From: an uncultured Bacteroidales bacterium
Lineage (GTDB): Bacteria; Bacteroidota; Bacteroidia; Bacteroidales; ML635J-15
Assembly (NCBI GenBank): GCA_905234755.1
Contig: CAJOIT010000007.1
Location: 50-64,049, forward strand
Direction of reading: 5' to 3'
DNA: 64,000 bases
Shown: positions 35,801 through 43,601 of the stretch, in pieces
How positions within the stretch are numbered: the first letter of the stretch is position 1
Layout of the letters: every line of letters begins with the position of its first letter
The notes under the pieces: generated by a model
The model's database searches: none
Told to the model about the DNA's origin: nothing
The model's input: the letters and a program-made list of their open reading frames with translations, nothing else
Program-made: the position numbers and the translations under genes

Positions 35801-36442
35801 GATATTGCCGATGTAATAGTTGACGGACAAAGCGCTATTAATGATATTGCAAGCTATGCAACTATTGGAGCAAGCGCAAGCTACACATTCAGCAATGTAA
35901 CAGCAAACGGACACAGCATTGTTGCTAATTTCAGACAGATACCAGTAGAAGAATGTAACACAGTTACCGAACTTGAGGTTTCGGTTGAACCTTACGGAAA
36001 CTTGATTTCGTGGACTGCTGCCGAAAATGCAGTATCGTACAATATCTTCCGTAACAACGAAGAAACCATACTTGCCAACATTTCTACAACAAGCTATGTT
36101 GACATGAACGGACAGGAAGGCGATACCTATTATATTGTAACCGTTTGCCAGTATGGTGAATCCGATCCATCAGAAGGCGTTCAAGCAATACAGACAGGTA
36201 TAGACGGAAGCAGCATTTCGGTTGAAATTTATCCTAACCCAGCAAGCGACAAGTTCATGATTGAATGCGAAGGAATGACCACAGTTGAAATCTTCAATGT
36301 AGTTGGTCAGTCAATGGGCATGATTGATGTGAACTCGAGTGCAATAAGCGTTGACTCGTCAGACTGGACAAACGGCGTTTACAACATTAGGATTACAACT
36401 GAAAATTCAGGTATAATCGTAAAGCAAATAATTAAACAATAG
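29864..36442 (+). CDS. Giant T9SS-secreted gingipain-like (peptidase C25) multidomain protein
   Basis: 2192 aa with a signal peptide. It has a C25 propeptide-like region (GSPSLPMITRLIAIPEGA) and a catalytic-dyad-like NYTAHGDKQEW / GVGNCCLTGNF. Two PKD domains (WNFGDGETS..., WEWTFEGGTP...) and a choice-of-anchor-J-like domain follow. There are four tandem ~150-aa double modules of divergent InlB-B-repeat type and one Fn3. The C-terminal T9SS sorting domain is IYPNPASDKFMIECEG...VKQIIKQ. Confidence 0.85.
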   Translation: MKRLLLLVVICAMCGLAFSQNGRIPLTPTATKSGSLQSNSMSGFSTTFSFSSIESEAISNEKGNFSEIYIDGSFPYGEVGSPSLPMITRLIAIPEGAIPVVTVNGYSENEYALQDYDIQTLSAQQAPVRKSIDPTTVEYVVNQSAYARDTYTTDEIASVEYLGTMRGIRIGKLTIRPVAYNAASNTVKVYNDINVSVDFENANAALTQSMFASTYSPAFNSIYDQLLNKSIFGSNTRSAYTDHPDLYNTPVRMLVICYSGFRDNASLNQWLAWKLQKGYYVDIFYTDETGTTASAIASFIRTKYNASVAAGNAYTYLITIGDTGQVPQYATESVDEQCATDLGYSSVDGDYFPDMFYSRMSVENATHLANYIEKVIVYEKFQMSDGGNYLNNLILVGGWDSNWTPKVARPTVNYGSTNYFNTSNTTYGGFENGTLNITVSTSSTQGYSGTNNGCYNGINNGACLVNYTAHGDKQEWYQPKLSATQVATLTNNGKYFFGVGNCCLTGNFNNTSTDYSPGSAIGTNACFAETMIRVPKAGAVVYVGCSPYSYWYEDFYWAVGAHTYSQGNAPSTSASTMGVYDAMFIDEYWNSASSLLYLGNLAVQQAVTSGNTNSSVTDGNCSNSANYYFKFYHTFGDGSVMPYVTKPEANNVTIPASVMSGATSMTVNAIAGSYVAVTDNESTIYGVAVANSSNVATVNFTEAIPGSGTLYVVVTRQQYQPYFGTVSVIAPNPPTADFTGTPTTILERESVTFTNNSQYAATYLWNFGDGETSTEMNPVHTYMTPGTYTVTLRVENTLGNDTKTRTNYITVNPNTNPPVADFVASETEVYMGATVTFTDLTENIPTSWEWTFEGGTPATSTEQNPSVSYDEPGEYTVTLVAHNAYGSDTETKTGYITVFYPDIIMSNETVYACAGTYKDPGGDENYENNLSYTQTIYPSTEGAYVRLTFTEFSLENTYNNRCYDKFYIYDGTSTSATALVNGVCGTSNPGTVTATNNAGALTIKFTSDNSEVSSGWRAEISCYIPGPEVAVQSYTPTTARYSTTSDLNITFTNTGVGTTSENTTATISTTDEYITLNNSSAILGSIARNATTDGTFNFTMAEDVPDGHVVTINVAITDGSNSWNETITITAIGHSCDAPTGLQVAVNNSDATITWDAQTISTVTISDDFEGHTYGMINSAGTVGWTYIDGDNTATATFSTIDFTNEGANMAYIVIDGSQVTGSSVATAHSGNNYIGSPYISSTTQNDDWIVSPELNFTEDFNFSFYARSFSSRYSTEKFYAAYSTTGNSAGDFINLNNPATTTTATWTEYSYTVPANAKYVAIHCVSKDMFMFCVDDITISGNGLSGAASVNIYDNGVLVASNISTGTYTATDLTPGEHCFSVRAICNDDSESLAAQQCVTIENNLPRYNVTVNSNNGGTVTPNGTQTVYEGSSFTFTATPNDCYEIGSVTVNGNAVSLTNNSYTINNITADQTVNVTFNQIAYTIVASAGNGGTIYSAGNVSVNCGENKTFAIAANNGYRILDVTVDGQSVGAVESYSFSDVNANHSISATFIAVLTIDVTADAEGGSVYPTGTQTLDAGESFTFTVTPDNCYEIGTVTVNGNAVDLDANNQYTINNVTTNQNINVTFNLLSYTITASAGNGGTITPSGDINVNCGESKAFTILANEGYMISDVLVDGQSVGSQTSYTFTNVDANHTISATFAEIPDNHIVITVNADAVGGSVSPNGTQSVEQGENFTFTVTPDACYAIGTVTVNGNEVTLDANNSYTIQNVTTEQTVNVTFNPITYIITANAGNGGTITPAGEVNVNCGESMTFAIAASEGYQIADVVVDGQSVGVVESYTFNNVTANGHSISATFEVIPPNEIEIVVNADAEGGSVSPTGTQTVTEGDNFTFTVTPNACYTIGTVTVNGTAVELDANNSYTIPNVTTEQTINVTFNQIVYTIAASAENGGTITPAGDVEVNCGDDAVFTITPNEGYDIADVIVDGQSAINDIASYATIGASASYTFSNVTANGHSIVANFRQIPVEECNTVTELEVSVEPYGNLISWTAAENAVSYNIFRNNEETILANISTTSYVDMNGQEGDTYYIVTVCQYGESDPSEGVQAIQTGIDGSSISVEIYPNPASDKFMIECEGMTTVEIFNVVGQSMGMIDVNSSAISVDSSDWTNGVYNIRITTENSGIIVKQIIKQ
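34082..35935 (+). repeat. Four tandem ~450-nt coding repeats inside the C25-like gene
   Basis: The units start near 34082, 34525, 34990 and 35460. Each encodes ...GGSV.P.GTQ.V..G..FTFTVTP..CY.IGTVTVNG..V.LD.NN.YTI.NVT..Q..NVTFN...YTI.A.AGNGGTITP.G...VNCGE...F.I.A.EGY.I.DV.VDGQSVG...SYTF.NV.AN.HSISATF. Confidence 0.85.
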
Positions 36443-36462
36443 CAAATAGGTGTAATAGAAAA

Positions 36463-36492
36463 ATGGGCAATCAATCGGTTGCCCATTTTTTT
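36463..36492 (+). terminator. Rho-independent terminator after the C25-like gene
   Basis: atgggcaa / ttgcccat 8-bp stem (36463-36470 / 36479-36486), 8-nt loop, then a T-run. Confidence 0.8.
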
Positions 36493-36560
36493 GTAACGGT
36501 CTTGAAGACTCACAGCCTTCAAGCCTTTTAGCCTGTTCGCCTTTTGGTCAGCAAGCCTCT

Positions 36561-37538
36561 TTATATTTTCGCTATTTCGTTCTTTATTCTTGTCCAGCGC
36601 TTTTCGTCCATTGTTGCACCAACGACTTCGATTACATTGCCAGCGATTACATTACCTGCCTTAACGCACCTGTCAAGCGACCAGTTGTTTACTAGGCCGT
36701 AAATAAAGCCTGCTGCGAAGTTATCTCCTGCAGCTGTGGTATCAACACGGGTAGCCGGAAATTCGGGCTCACAATCCTTGTAAGCGCCTTGTTTTACCCA
36801 TGCGCCATGCTTTCCTATCTTTACAACGGCAATGTCGCAAATCGATGAAATCATATCAAGTGCAGCTTCCGGGTCTTTGCCATCGGTAAATGCTGCTGCT
36901 TCTTCCTCGTTGGCAAAAACAATGTCTACATACTTTTCTATAAGGTAGCGCAGGAATTCAATATTATCCTCAACAACATTGTAGCTTGCAAGGTCGAGCG
37001 AAACTTTCAGTCCATTTTCCTTCGCCAGAGACATTGCCTTTTCAATAAGTTCGTGGTTAATAATTAGATAGCCTTCAATGTGAAGGATATCGTAACCCAT
37101 GAAGGTTGTTGAATTTATGTCGTTTGCCGAGAGTTCTGCAGCAGCACCGAGATAGGTCGCAAATGTGCGTTCCGAATCCTTGCTGACAAGAGCAACAGCC
37201 CTTCCGCTTCGTGTTTCGCTAGTTATCAGTCGTGGAAGCACGCCCATACGCTTCATGTCGCTGGCAAAGAAATCGCCCAGTTCATCGGGACCAATCTTGC
37301 CTACAAAGCCAGTTGTTATACCCATGTTTGCAAGGCTGCGGATTGTATTTGCTGCCGAACCTCCGCTTGCCATCGTGCGCGGGAAAGACCTTGTTTCTGT
37401 TTGTATTTTTTCGCTTAATTCGCTATCAACCAATTGCATACTGCCTTTAGGCAGATTCAATTTTTCCAATACCTTGTCGCTGTCAATAACAGTCATTATA
37501 TCGACCAAAGCGTTTCCAAGTCCTATTACTTTTGCCAT
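36561..37538 (-). CDS. PfkB-family carbohydrate/adenosine kinase
   Basis: 325 aa. It has GLGNALVDI, GGSAANT and the C-terminal PfkB signature DTTAAGDNFAAGF. Confidence 0.8.
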   Translation of the reverse strand: MAKVIGLGNALVDIMTVIDSDKVLEKLNLPKGSMQLVDSELSEKIQTETRSFPRTMASGGSAANTIRSLANMGITTGFVGKIGPDELGDFFASDMKRMGVLPRLITSETRSGRAVALVSKDSERTFATYLGAAAELSANDINSTTFMGYDILHIEGYLIINHELIEKAMSLAKENGLKVSLDLASYNVVEDNIEFLRYLIEKYVDIVFANEEEAAAFTDGKDPEAALDMISSICDIAVVKIGKHGAWVKQGAYKDCEPEFPATRVDTTAAGDNFAAGFIYGLVNNWSLDRCVKAGNVIAGNVIEVVGATMDEKRWTRIKNEIAKI

Positions 37539-37884
37539 ATTTTTTTACAATTTTAGTGTTGCAAATATAGTAATCAATGAGCAATGAACAATGAACAATT
37601 GATAATGGATAATGCACAATTGACAATGTACAATTAACAATGGATAATTGGCTGCGCCGAGCTAAAGGTTAGCTTCGCTGAGCTGAAGGTTGACAATTGA
37701 TAATCGACACCATTTATCATAAGATTAAATTTCATAAATTTTACTATTTTTGTTTCGTTGTATGAAATAAAAATCTATCTTTGCAACAGATAGAAAATAA
37801 TTTAGTGTTAATTGTATTTAAGTTGAGTTTTATGAAAATTTAAAGCCGAGGGCTCAGATGGTATATAACATGAGGTTTGTTAAT

Positions 37885-40800
37885 ATGAAGAAGCTAATAT
37901 ATAATTTAATTCTATTGCTGACAGCGTTTTGTTTGCCAGCGGTTATGTTTTCGCAGACTATTGTTCAGATAGGAAATCAAAATTCATCATGCCTAGATTT
38001 GCCAATGAGTATGACCCACAACTACTCAGTCACCCAGCAGATATATACTGCAAATGAAATTGGTATGGCAGGAACAATATCTTCAGTAGGTTTTTGTTAT
38101 AGGAACAATCAACAGCCTTTGTCTATGCCGGGAATTCGGATGTACCTGATGCACACTACAAAAACAATGTTTGAAAACGATACAGATATAGTTCCCATTG
38201 ATGAAGCTACATTAGTATATGAGGGAGATTTGGTTGCTTCTGATACTGGTTGGGTTACTCTTCCTTTTAGTACAACATTCGAATACAACGGAGTAAGCAA
38301 TCTTTTGATGTGCATGTATGATGCGACAGATGGATACCATGGTGGGTATAGGTTCGCATATACGAATGGTGGTAGATACAGCACAATAAGCTATTATAGC
38401 AATTTTATTATTCCAAATATTAATGATTTGTCTTCATTTATCGGGACTAAAAGTCGCTTTGGGTACCATAGTTCTATTCAACTGGGAATTATACCGGCAA
38501 TAGGGCAATGCCCAGCTCCTTCATCTGTTACTATAAGTGATATAACAGATCATGAAGCTTCAATTTCCTGGATTCCCGGAGACAACGAAGCATCATGGCA
38601 AATATGCATCAATGGCGATGAGGACAACCTGATAGACATAAGCACAACTTCGTATCATTTAACAGGTCTGGCTGGTGAAACTTCATATAATGTAAATGTT
38701 CGGGCAGTTTGCTCTGAAGATGGACATAGCAATTGGACTGAAATTGCATCTTTTACAACTCTTACAGCATGCTTTGTCCCTGCAAACTTGGCTATAGTGG
38801 ACAAAAGCGCGACGACCGCAACTATAAGATGGGATGCTGGTGGTGAAGAAACCGCTTGGCAAATTTGTATTAACAATGATGAGAATAATATTATTGATGT
38901 GTCTGATAGTGAATACACAATTACGGGTCTTATACCTAACACATCTAATTATGTAAAGGTTCGAGCAAATTGTATCGCAGACGGTTATAGCAATTGGACT
39001 AGCAATAAAATTTTCTATACCTTAATTGCCTGTGAAACACCCACATCATTGACTAGTACTTCAACAACAAATTCAGCAACAATATCATGGTCTGCTGGTG
39101 GTGACGAATCTTTTTGGAATCTACAATATAAGAACATTACGGAAAATAGTTGGACAAGTGTTAATGGGTTAACCTCCCCTACATATACTATTACAGGACT
39201 TACACAATCAACAATATATAAAATATCTGTTAAAGCAGACTGCGAATCTGGTGGTATTTCCGGAGGGCTCAACGGAAATGTCTCTACCTATTTTCTACCA
39301 TTTTATGAAGATTTTTGGACAACTGACCTCCCTGCTAATTGGTCAAGGTATAAAGGACTTCTGTCCAGTGTAATGGAAGGTTCTGCTCTTTCTCCTACTT
39401 CTTCTGATTATTGCTGGTATTTCGGTCAATATAATGGTGTATTAAATTATAATCATGCATGGGTAAATTTATGGGGAACATCACGCAAAGAATGGTTGGT
39501 AACGCCAAGCATTGTCATGGATGTAGATGCTAAAGCGCAACTTAAATTCGATTTGGCCCTTACCAAATGTTCTGGATCTATGCAGCCTGTCGACGCAAAT
39601 CAGCAGATGGATGACAAATTTGTTGTCCTTATCAGTACCGATGATGATTCAACTTGGACTATCCTGCGCCAGTACGACAATGAAGGTTCCGAGTTTGTGT
39701 ATAATAATATTGCCACAACAGGAGAGGAAGTTGTCATCGACTTTACAAATTATACCTGTAATAATGTAAAGATTGCATTCTATGGTGAGTCTACAGATGT
39801 AGGTGGTGATGTTAATATTCATGTCGATAATGTATTAATAGACTATATAAGGCCGGAAGTGACAAACATTACAGCAACTTCTGCTGATGTTACTTGGTTG
39901 GCCGGTGAAAATAATTGGAACATAAAATATGTCATTCACGGATTCGATGTTGAAACAGAAGGTTCTCAGGTGGAAAATATATCTCAGACATCATATTCGC
40001 TCACAGGTCTTTCTCCCAATACAATTTATGATGTGTATGTAAAGGCTGTTGGCAGTGTAAAATGGTTGATGACTTCGTTTAGAACAGATTGTGGTGTACA
40101 AGCTATTCCTTATTCAGAAACTTTCGAGGGAATATCCAATAGAGTTATACCACCATGTTGGAAAAGTTTTGGAAATGGCGCTTCTCAAGTTTCGTATTCT
40201 GGTACAAATTACTTGTATATGCGAACGGACGGAATTACTCCACAAATTACAACTCTGCCAATTATGGACGACATTAATGCCCTGCGATTGTCATTTTGGG
40301 CAAAATGCCCAAATATTCTCCCAGAAGTTTTCCAGATTGGATATATAGCTGAAGGGGATTTTTTCCCGATAGAGTCGTTGACACTAACGCCTACCTATCA
40401 GCACTTTAATGTCCTTTTTAATAACGCACCTGAGAATGCTGAAAAAATTGCAATATATTTATTTAATCCGACAATATCTACTTGTGTAAATATAGATGAC
40501 ATTGAGGTTGATTATATCCAGTCGTGCTCACAACCAATAAGTCTAAATGTACTAAATGTATCTAATACAACGGCCACCATTTCATGGATACCTTTAGGTA
40601 TAGAAAATGCTTGGCAATACACTTTGGACGATGGCATTACATGGAACGACTTTGCAAATGCGCCTACTGGTACAACAATAAAAGAAGCTACAATTGTAGG
40701 CCTTGCAAGTAATACCAATTATACAGTAAAAGTTCGTGCCTATTGTAGCGACAATGAACAAAGCGAGGCTAGTAACGAGGTGACATTTTATACGGAAGCA

Positions 40801-43536
40801 TGCGAAGCGGATGATATGTGCGAAATCAGTTATTGTTTTTATGATCGTCTCGGTGATGGTTGGGAAGGCTCGGCAATAAATGTGGTTGATGTGGAGACAA
40901 ACAGAGTTCTTGCTACTTGGACAATAGCGTATGGTGGTCGTTCGGCGACAGGAAGTCTTAGGGTATGCAACGAAACGGAAATTCGTTTCGAATGGATTCA
41001 AGGTTCGAGCACTAACGAATGCTCGTATGCTGTATATGATGCAAGAGGTGATGTAATATTCACTGGTGAGGGATCAATGTCTTCGAATATAAACTACAGA
41101 GTAAATTGCTCTGTTTGTAGAATGCCAACTGAATTGGCAATTTCTGATATTGGTTTTACTGATGCCACATTGACTTGGGGCGCTGAAAACGAAACAACTT
41201 GGCAAATTTGCTTGAATGATGACGAAAGCAATCTTATTGATGTAACGGGAAGTCCTTTGTACAATCTTACAGGTCTTGATACTGCCACAAACTACTCGTT
41301 AAAGGTTCGTACTGTTTGTGGTGACGACAATGATATTAGCCACTGGAGTCCAAAAATTAGTTTTACTACTGACACATATCTATGTGAAGTTGCTGACAAA
41401 TGCGAAATTAACTTTGTTCTTACCGATAGATATGGTGATGGTTGGGAAGGTAACGCAATTAAGGTTACAGATGTCGCAACTGGCTATGTTATAGGAACAT
41501 TTACCAATGAGAACCTTAATGGTTCTATTAATTCAGTAGAAAATGAAGTAAACACTCACACTTTGATGGTTTGCAATGGAAGAGAAATCCAATTCTCATG
41601 GGTTTCTGGCAATTTTAGTGCCGAATGCTCTTATATTGTAACAGATGTAAATGGTGCCGAAATATTCTCAGGTTCTGACGCAATGTCGGAACCAGTAAAT
41701 TACATAGTAAACTGTGACGGTTGTAGAATACCTACTGCTTTGGATGTTTCTAATATTGGAATTACTTCTGCAACTATTACATGGACCGCAGGTGCGGATG
41801 AAACAGCTTGGCAGATTTGCTTGAACGACGATGAAGAAAATATTATTAATGCGACTTCCAATTCCCACACTTTTACCGACCTTGCTTCCGAATCTTCATA
41901 TATGGTAAAAGTTCGTGCCGAATGTGGTGAAAACGAATATAGCCTTTGGTCAGCAAACATTCCATTTACAACTCTTATTTCTTGCCATGTACCAACATCC
42001 CTTACATCAATAGATTCTATTACAACAGCAGTTTTGACTTGGGCGCCAGGTGAATCTGAAGAAAACTGGCTGCTGCAATATGGTACCGATAATACATTTG
42101 CCGAAGGGACATATACCGAAATAATTGTAAGTAATAATCCTACATACGAAATTTCAGGACTTACACCGGAAGTGGTATATTATGCTCGAGTCAAGGCCAT
42201 TTGTGGAGATGATGACGAAAGTGCCTGGAGTACAATTTGCGATGTCAATCCTACATTAAAGCGTATTATCGGTCATGACAGTGCTACGCATTGCTATCTA
42301 CCGACAGATTGCGTATATAAATATTCTATGACACAGCAGATTTATACTGCAGAGGAACTTGGAAATGAAGCATATACAATCCAAAGCATCGACTTTTATG
42401 CAATGGAAAATTGTACTCGTTATTTGAAAATATACTTGGTTGCTACCGATAAGGAAAGTTTTGATGGCAGAACCGACTGGATTGCAGTATCAGATGCAGA
42501 CCGTGTATTTAGCGGAAGTGTTACTTTCACATCAAATGCATGGAAAACCATTACCCTTACAAATCCGTTTGGTTACAATGGAATTAGCAATGTCGCTATA
42601 ATTGTTGATGATAATACTGTTTCTATTGTACAGAATGAAAAATTCCGTACTTTCCCTGCAACATCACAGGCAATCTGCATTCAAAGCGATGTTACAAACT
42701 TTAATCCATTAAATCCAACTGTCTATTATGGTACAATTGTTAGCACCAAGAATCAGATTCGTCTTTCCACAACGGAACCTCCTTCATGTATTAATCCTTG
42801 GTCGTTAACTGCATCTAACATTGGTGTGAATGAAGCAACCATTACATGGTCTGCAGTTCCTGACCAAACGGCTTGGCAGATCTGCATTAATGGCGACGAA
42901 GATAACCTTATTGATGTTGATGCACCAACTTACACATTGACAGACCTAACTGAAGAAACAACATATACTGTAAAGGTGCGTGCAAATTGCGGCACTGAAA
43001 CAAGCGGATGGGTAACGATTTCGTTTGCTACTTTGAAACCTTCCTATACAATTATCGCAACTGCTGGCGAAAACGGAACCATCACTCCTTGCGGTACGAT
43101 TACAGTTACCGAAGGAGAAGACCAGACTTTCAATATTGTTCCGTATGAAGGCTATCGAATCGAAAATGTATTGGTTGATGGGACTTCTGTATTATCTAAT
43201 TTAGAAAACAATACTTATACTTTCACAAATGTAACTGAAGATCATGCTATTCAAGCAACCTTTGAACTACTTGTTTCGGTTGATATGGCAGAAGTTCCTT
43301 ATGTTTCAATCTTCCCGAACCCGAACAACGGTACTTACAATATAGTCTTTGGCAACATTAGTGGCAATGTAACATATCAACTCTATGATGTTCGTGGCGC
43401 AATGATTGAAACCCGCGACATCAGTGTTACAAACGATGAACCTATTACTTTCAGTCATCGCATAATCCCAGGAACTTACTTTGTAAGAATCATTGCTAAC
43501 GACAATGTTTTTGTTGAGAAACTTGTTGTCGAATAG
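37885..43536 (+). CDS. Giant T9SS-secreted Fn3-rich surface protein
   Basis: ~1883 aa from MKKLIYNLILLLTAFCLPAVMFSQ. It has at least 7 Fn3-like units carrying A(T/S)I(S/T)W....E..WQIC(I/L)N(G/D)DE.N(L/I)ID...Y.LTGL...Y.VKVRA.C. A choice-of-anchor-J-like domain, two Cys-rich DR(L/Y)GDGWEG modules and one InlB-B-like module are present. The T9SS CTD is IFPNPNNGTYNIVFGN...VEKLVVE. Confidence 0.85.
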   Translation: MKKLIYNLILLLTAFCLPAVMFSQTIVQIGNQNSSCLDLPMSMTHNYSVTQQIYTANEIGMAGTISSVGFCYRNNQQPLSMPGIRMYLMHTTKTMFENDTDIVPIDEATLVYEGDLVASDTGWVTLPFSTTFEYNGVSNLLMCMYDATDGYHGGYRFAYTNGGRYSTISYYSNFIIPNINDLSSFIGTKSRFGYHSSIQLGIIPAIGQCPAPSSVTISDITDHEASISWIPGDNEASWQICINGDEDNLIDISTTSYHLTGLAGETSYNVNVRAVCSEDGHSNWTEIASFTTLTACFVPANLAIVDKSATTATIRWDAGGEETAWQICINNDENNIIDVSDSEYTITGLIPNTSNYVKVRANCIADGYSNWTSNKIFYTLIACETPTSLTSTSTTNSATISWSAGGDESFWNLQYKNITENSWTSVNGLTSPTYTITGLTQSTIYKISVKADCESGGISGGLNGNVSTYFLPFYEDFWTTDLPANWSRYKGLLSSVMEGSALSPTSSDYCWYFGQYNGVLNYNHAWVNLWGTSRKEWLVTPSIVMDVDAKAQLKFDLALTKCSGSMQPVDANQQMDDKFVVLISTDDDSTWTILRQYDNEGSEFVYNNIATTGEEVVIDFTNYTCNNVKIAFYGESTDVGGDVNIHVDNVLIDYIRPEVTNITATSADVTWLAGENNWNIKYVIHGFDVETEGSQVENISQTSYSLTGLSPNTIYDVYVKAVGSVKWLMTSFRTDCGVQAIPYSETFEGISNRVIPPCWKSFGNGASQVSYSGTNYLYMRTDGITPQITTLPIMDDINALRLSFWAKCPNILPEVFQIGYIAEGDFFPIESLTLTPTYQHFNVLFNNAPENAEKIAIYLFNPTISTCVNIDDIEVDYIQSCSQPISLNVLNVSNTTATISWIPLGIENAWQYTLDDGITWNDFANAPTGTTIKEATIVGLASNTNYTVKVRAYCSDNEQSEASNEVTFYTEACEADDMCEISYCFYDRLGDGWEGSAINVVDVETNRVLATWTIAYGGRSATGSLRVCNETEIRFEWIQGSSTNECSYAVYDARGDVIFTGEGSMSSNINYRVNCSVCRMPTELAISDIGFTDATLTWGAENETTWQICLNDDESNLIDVTGSPLYNLTGLDTATNYSLKVRTVCGDDNDISHWSPKISFTTDTYLCEVADKCEINFVLTDRYGDGWEGNAIKVTDVATGYVIGTFTNENLNGSINSVENEVNTHTLMVCNGREIQFSWVSGNFSAECSYIVTDVNGAEIFSGSDAMSEPVNYIVNCDGCRIPTALDVSNIGITSATITWTAGADETAWQICLNDDEENIINATSNSHTFTDLASESSYMVKVRAECGENEYSLWSANIPFTTLISCHVPTSLTSIDSITTAVLTWAPGESEENWLLQYGTDNTFAEGTYTEIIVSNNPTYEISGLTPEVVYYARVKAICGDDDESAWSTICDVNPTLKRIIGHDSATHCYLPTDCVYKYSMTQQIYTAEELGNEAYTIQSIDFYAMENCTRYLKIYLVATDKESFDGRTDWIAVSDADRVFSGSVTFTSNAWKTITLTNPFGYNGISNVAIIVDDNTVSIVQNEKFRTFPATSQAICIQSDVTNFNPLNPTVYYGTIVSTKNQIRLSTTEPPSCINPWSLTASNIGVNEATITWSAVPDQTAWQICINGDEDNLIDVDAPTYTLTDLTEETTYTVKVRANCGTETSGWVTISFATLKPSYTIIATAGENGTITPCGTITVTEGEDQTFNIVPYEGYRIENVLVDGTSVLSNLENNTYTFTNVTEDHAIQATFELLVSVDMAEVPYVSIFPNPNNGTYNIVFGNISGNVTYQLYDVRGAMIETRDISVTNDEPITFSHRIIPGTYFVRIIANDNVFVEKLVVE

Positions 43537-43553
43537 TTAGGATTAATATCAAA

Positions 43554-43584
43554 CAAAAAAGCCATCTTTTGGATGGCTTTTTTA
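43554..43584. terminator. Bidirectional terminator between convergent genes
   Basis: aaaaaagccatc-tttt-ggatggctttttt is a 7-8-bp stem flanked by an A-run and a T-run. Confidence 0.75.
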
Positions 43585-43601
43585 TGAATAATCAAAGGTT
43601 T

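Noticed and set aside
34922-35914. 330-aa minus-strand ORF
   Set aside because: It lies antisense inside the tandem-repeat block of the 2192-aa C25-like gene. The sequence is Cys/Asn/Ile-rich and low-complexity, with no start context or promoter. It is an artefact of repeat composition.
37740-37884. Invertible-promoter (phase-variation) switch upstream of the giant surface-protein genes
   Set aside because: Only a short palindrome (ctatct-ttgcaac-agatag) surrounds the -7 box. No long inverted repeats flank a promoter segment and no site-specific recombinase gene is nearby. The same holds upstream of 58599 and 29864.
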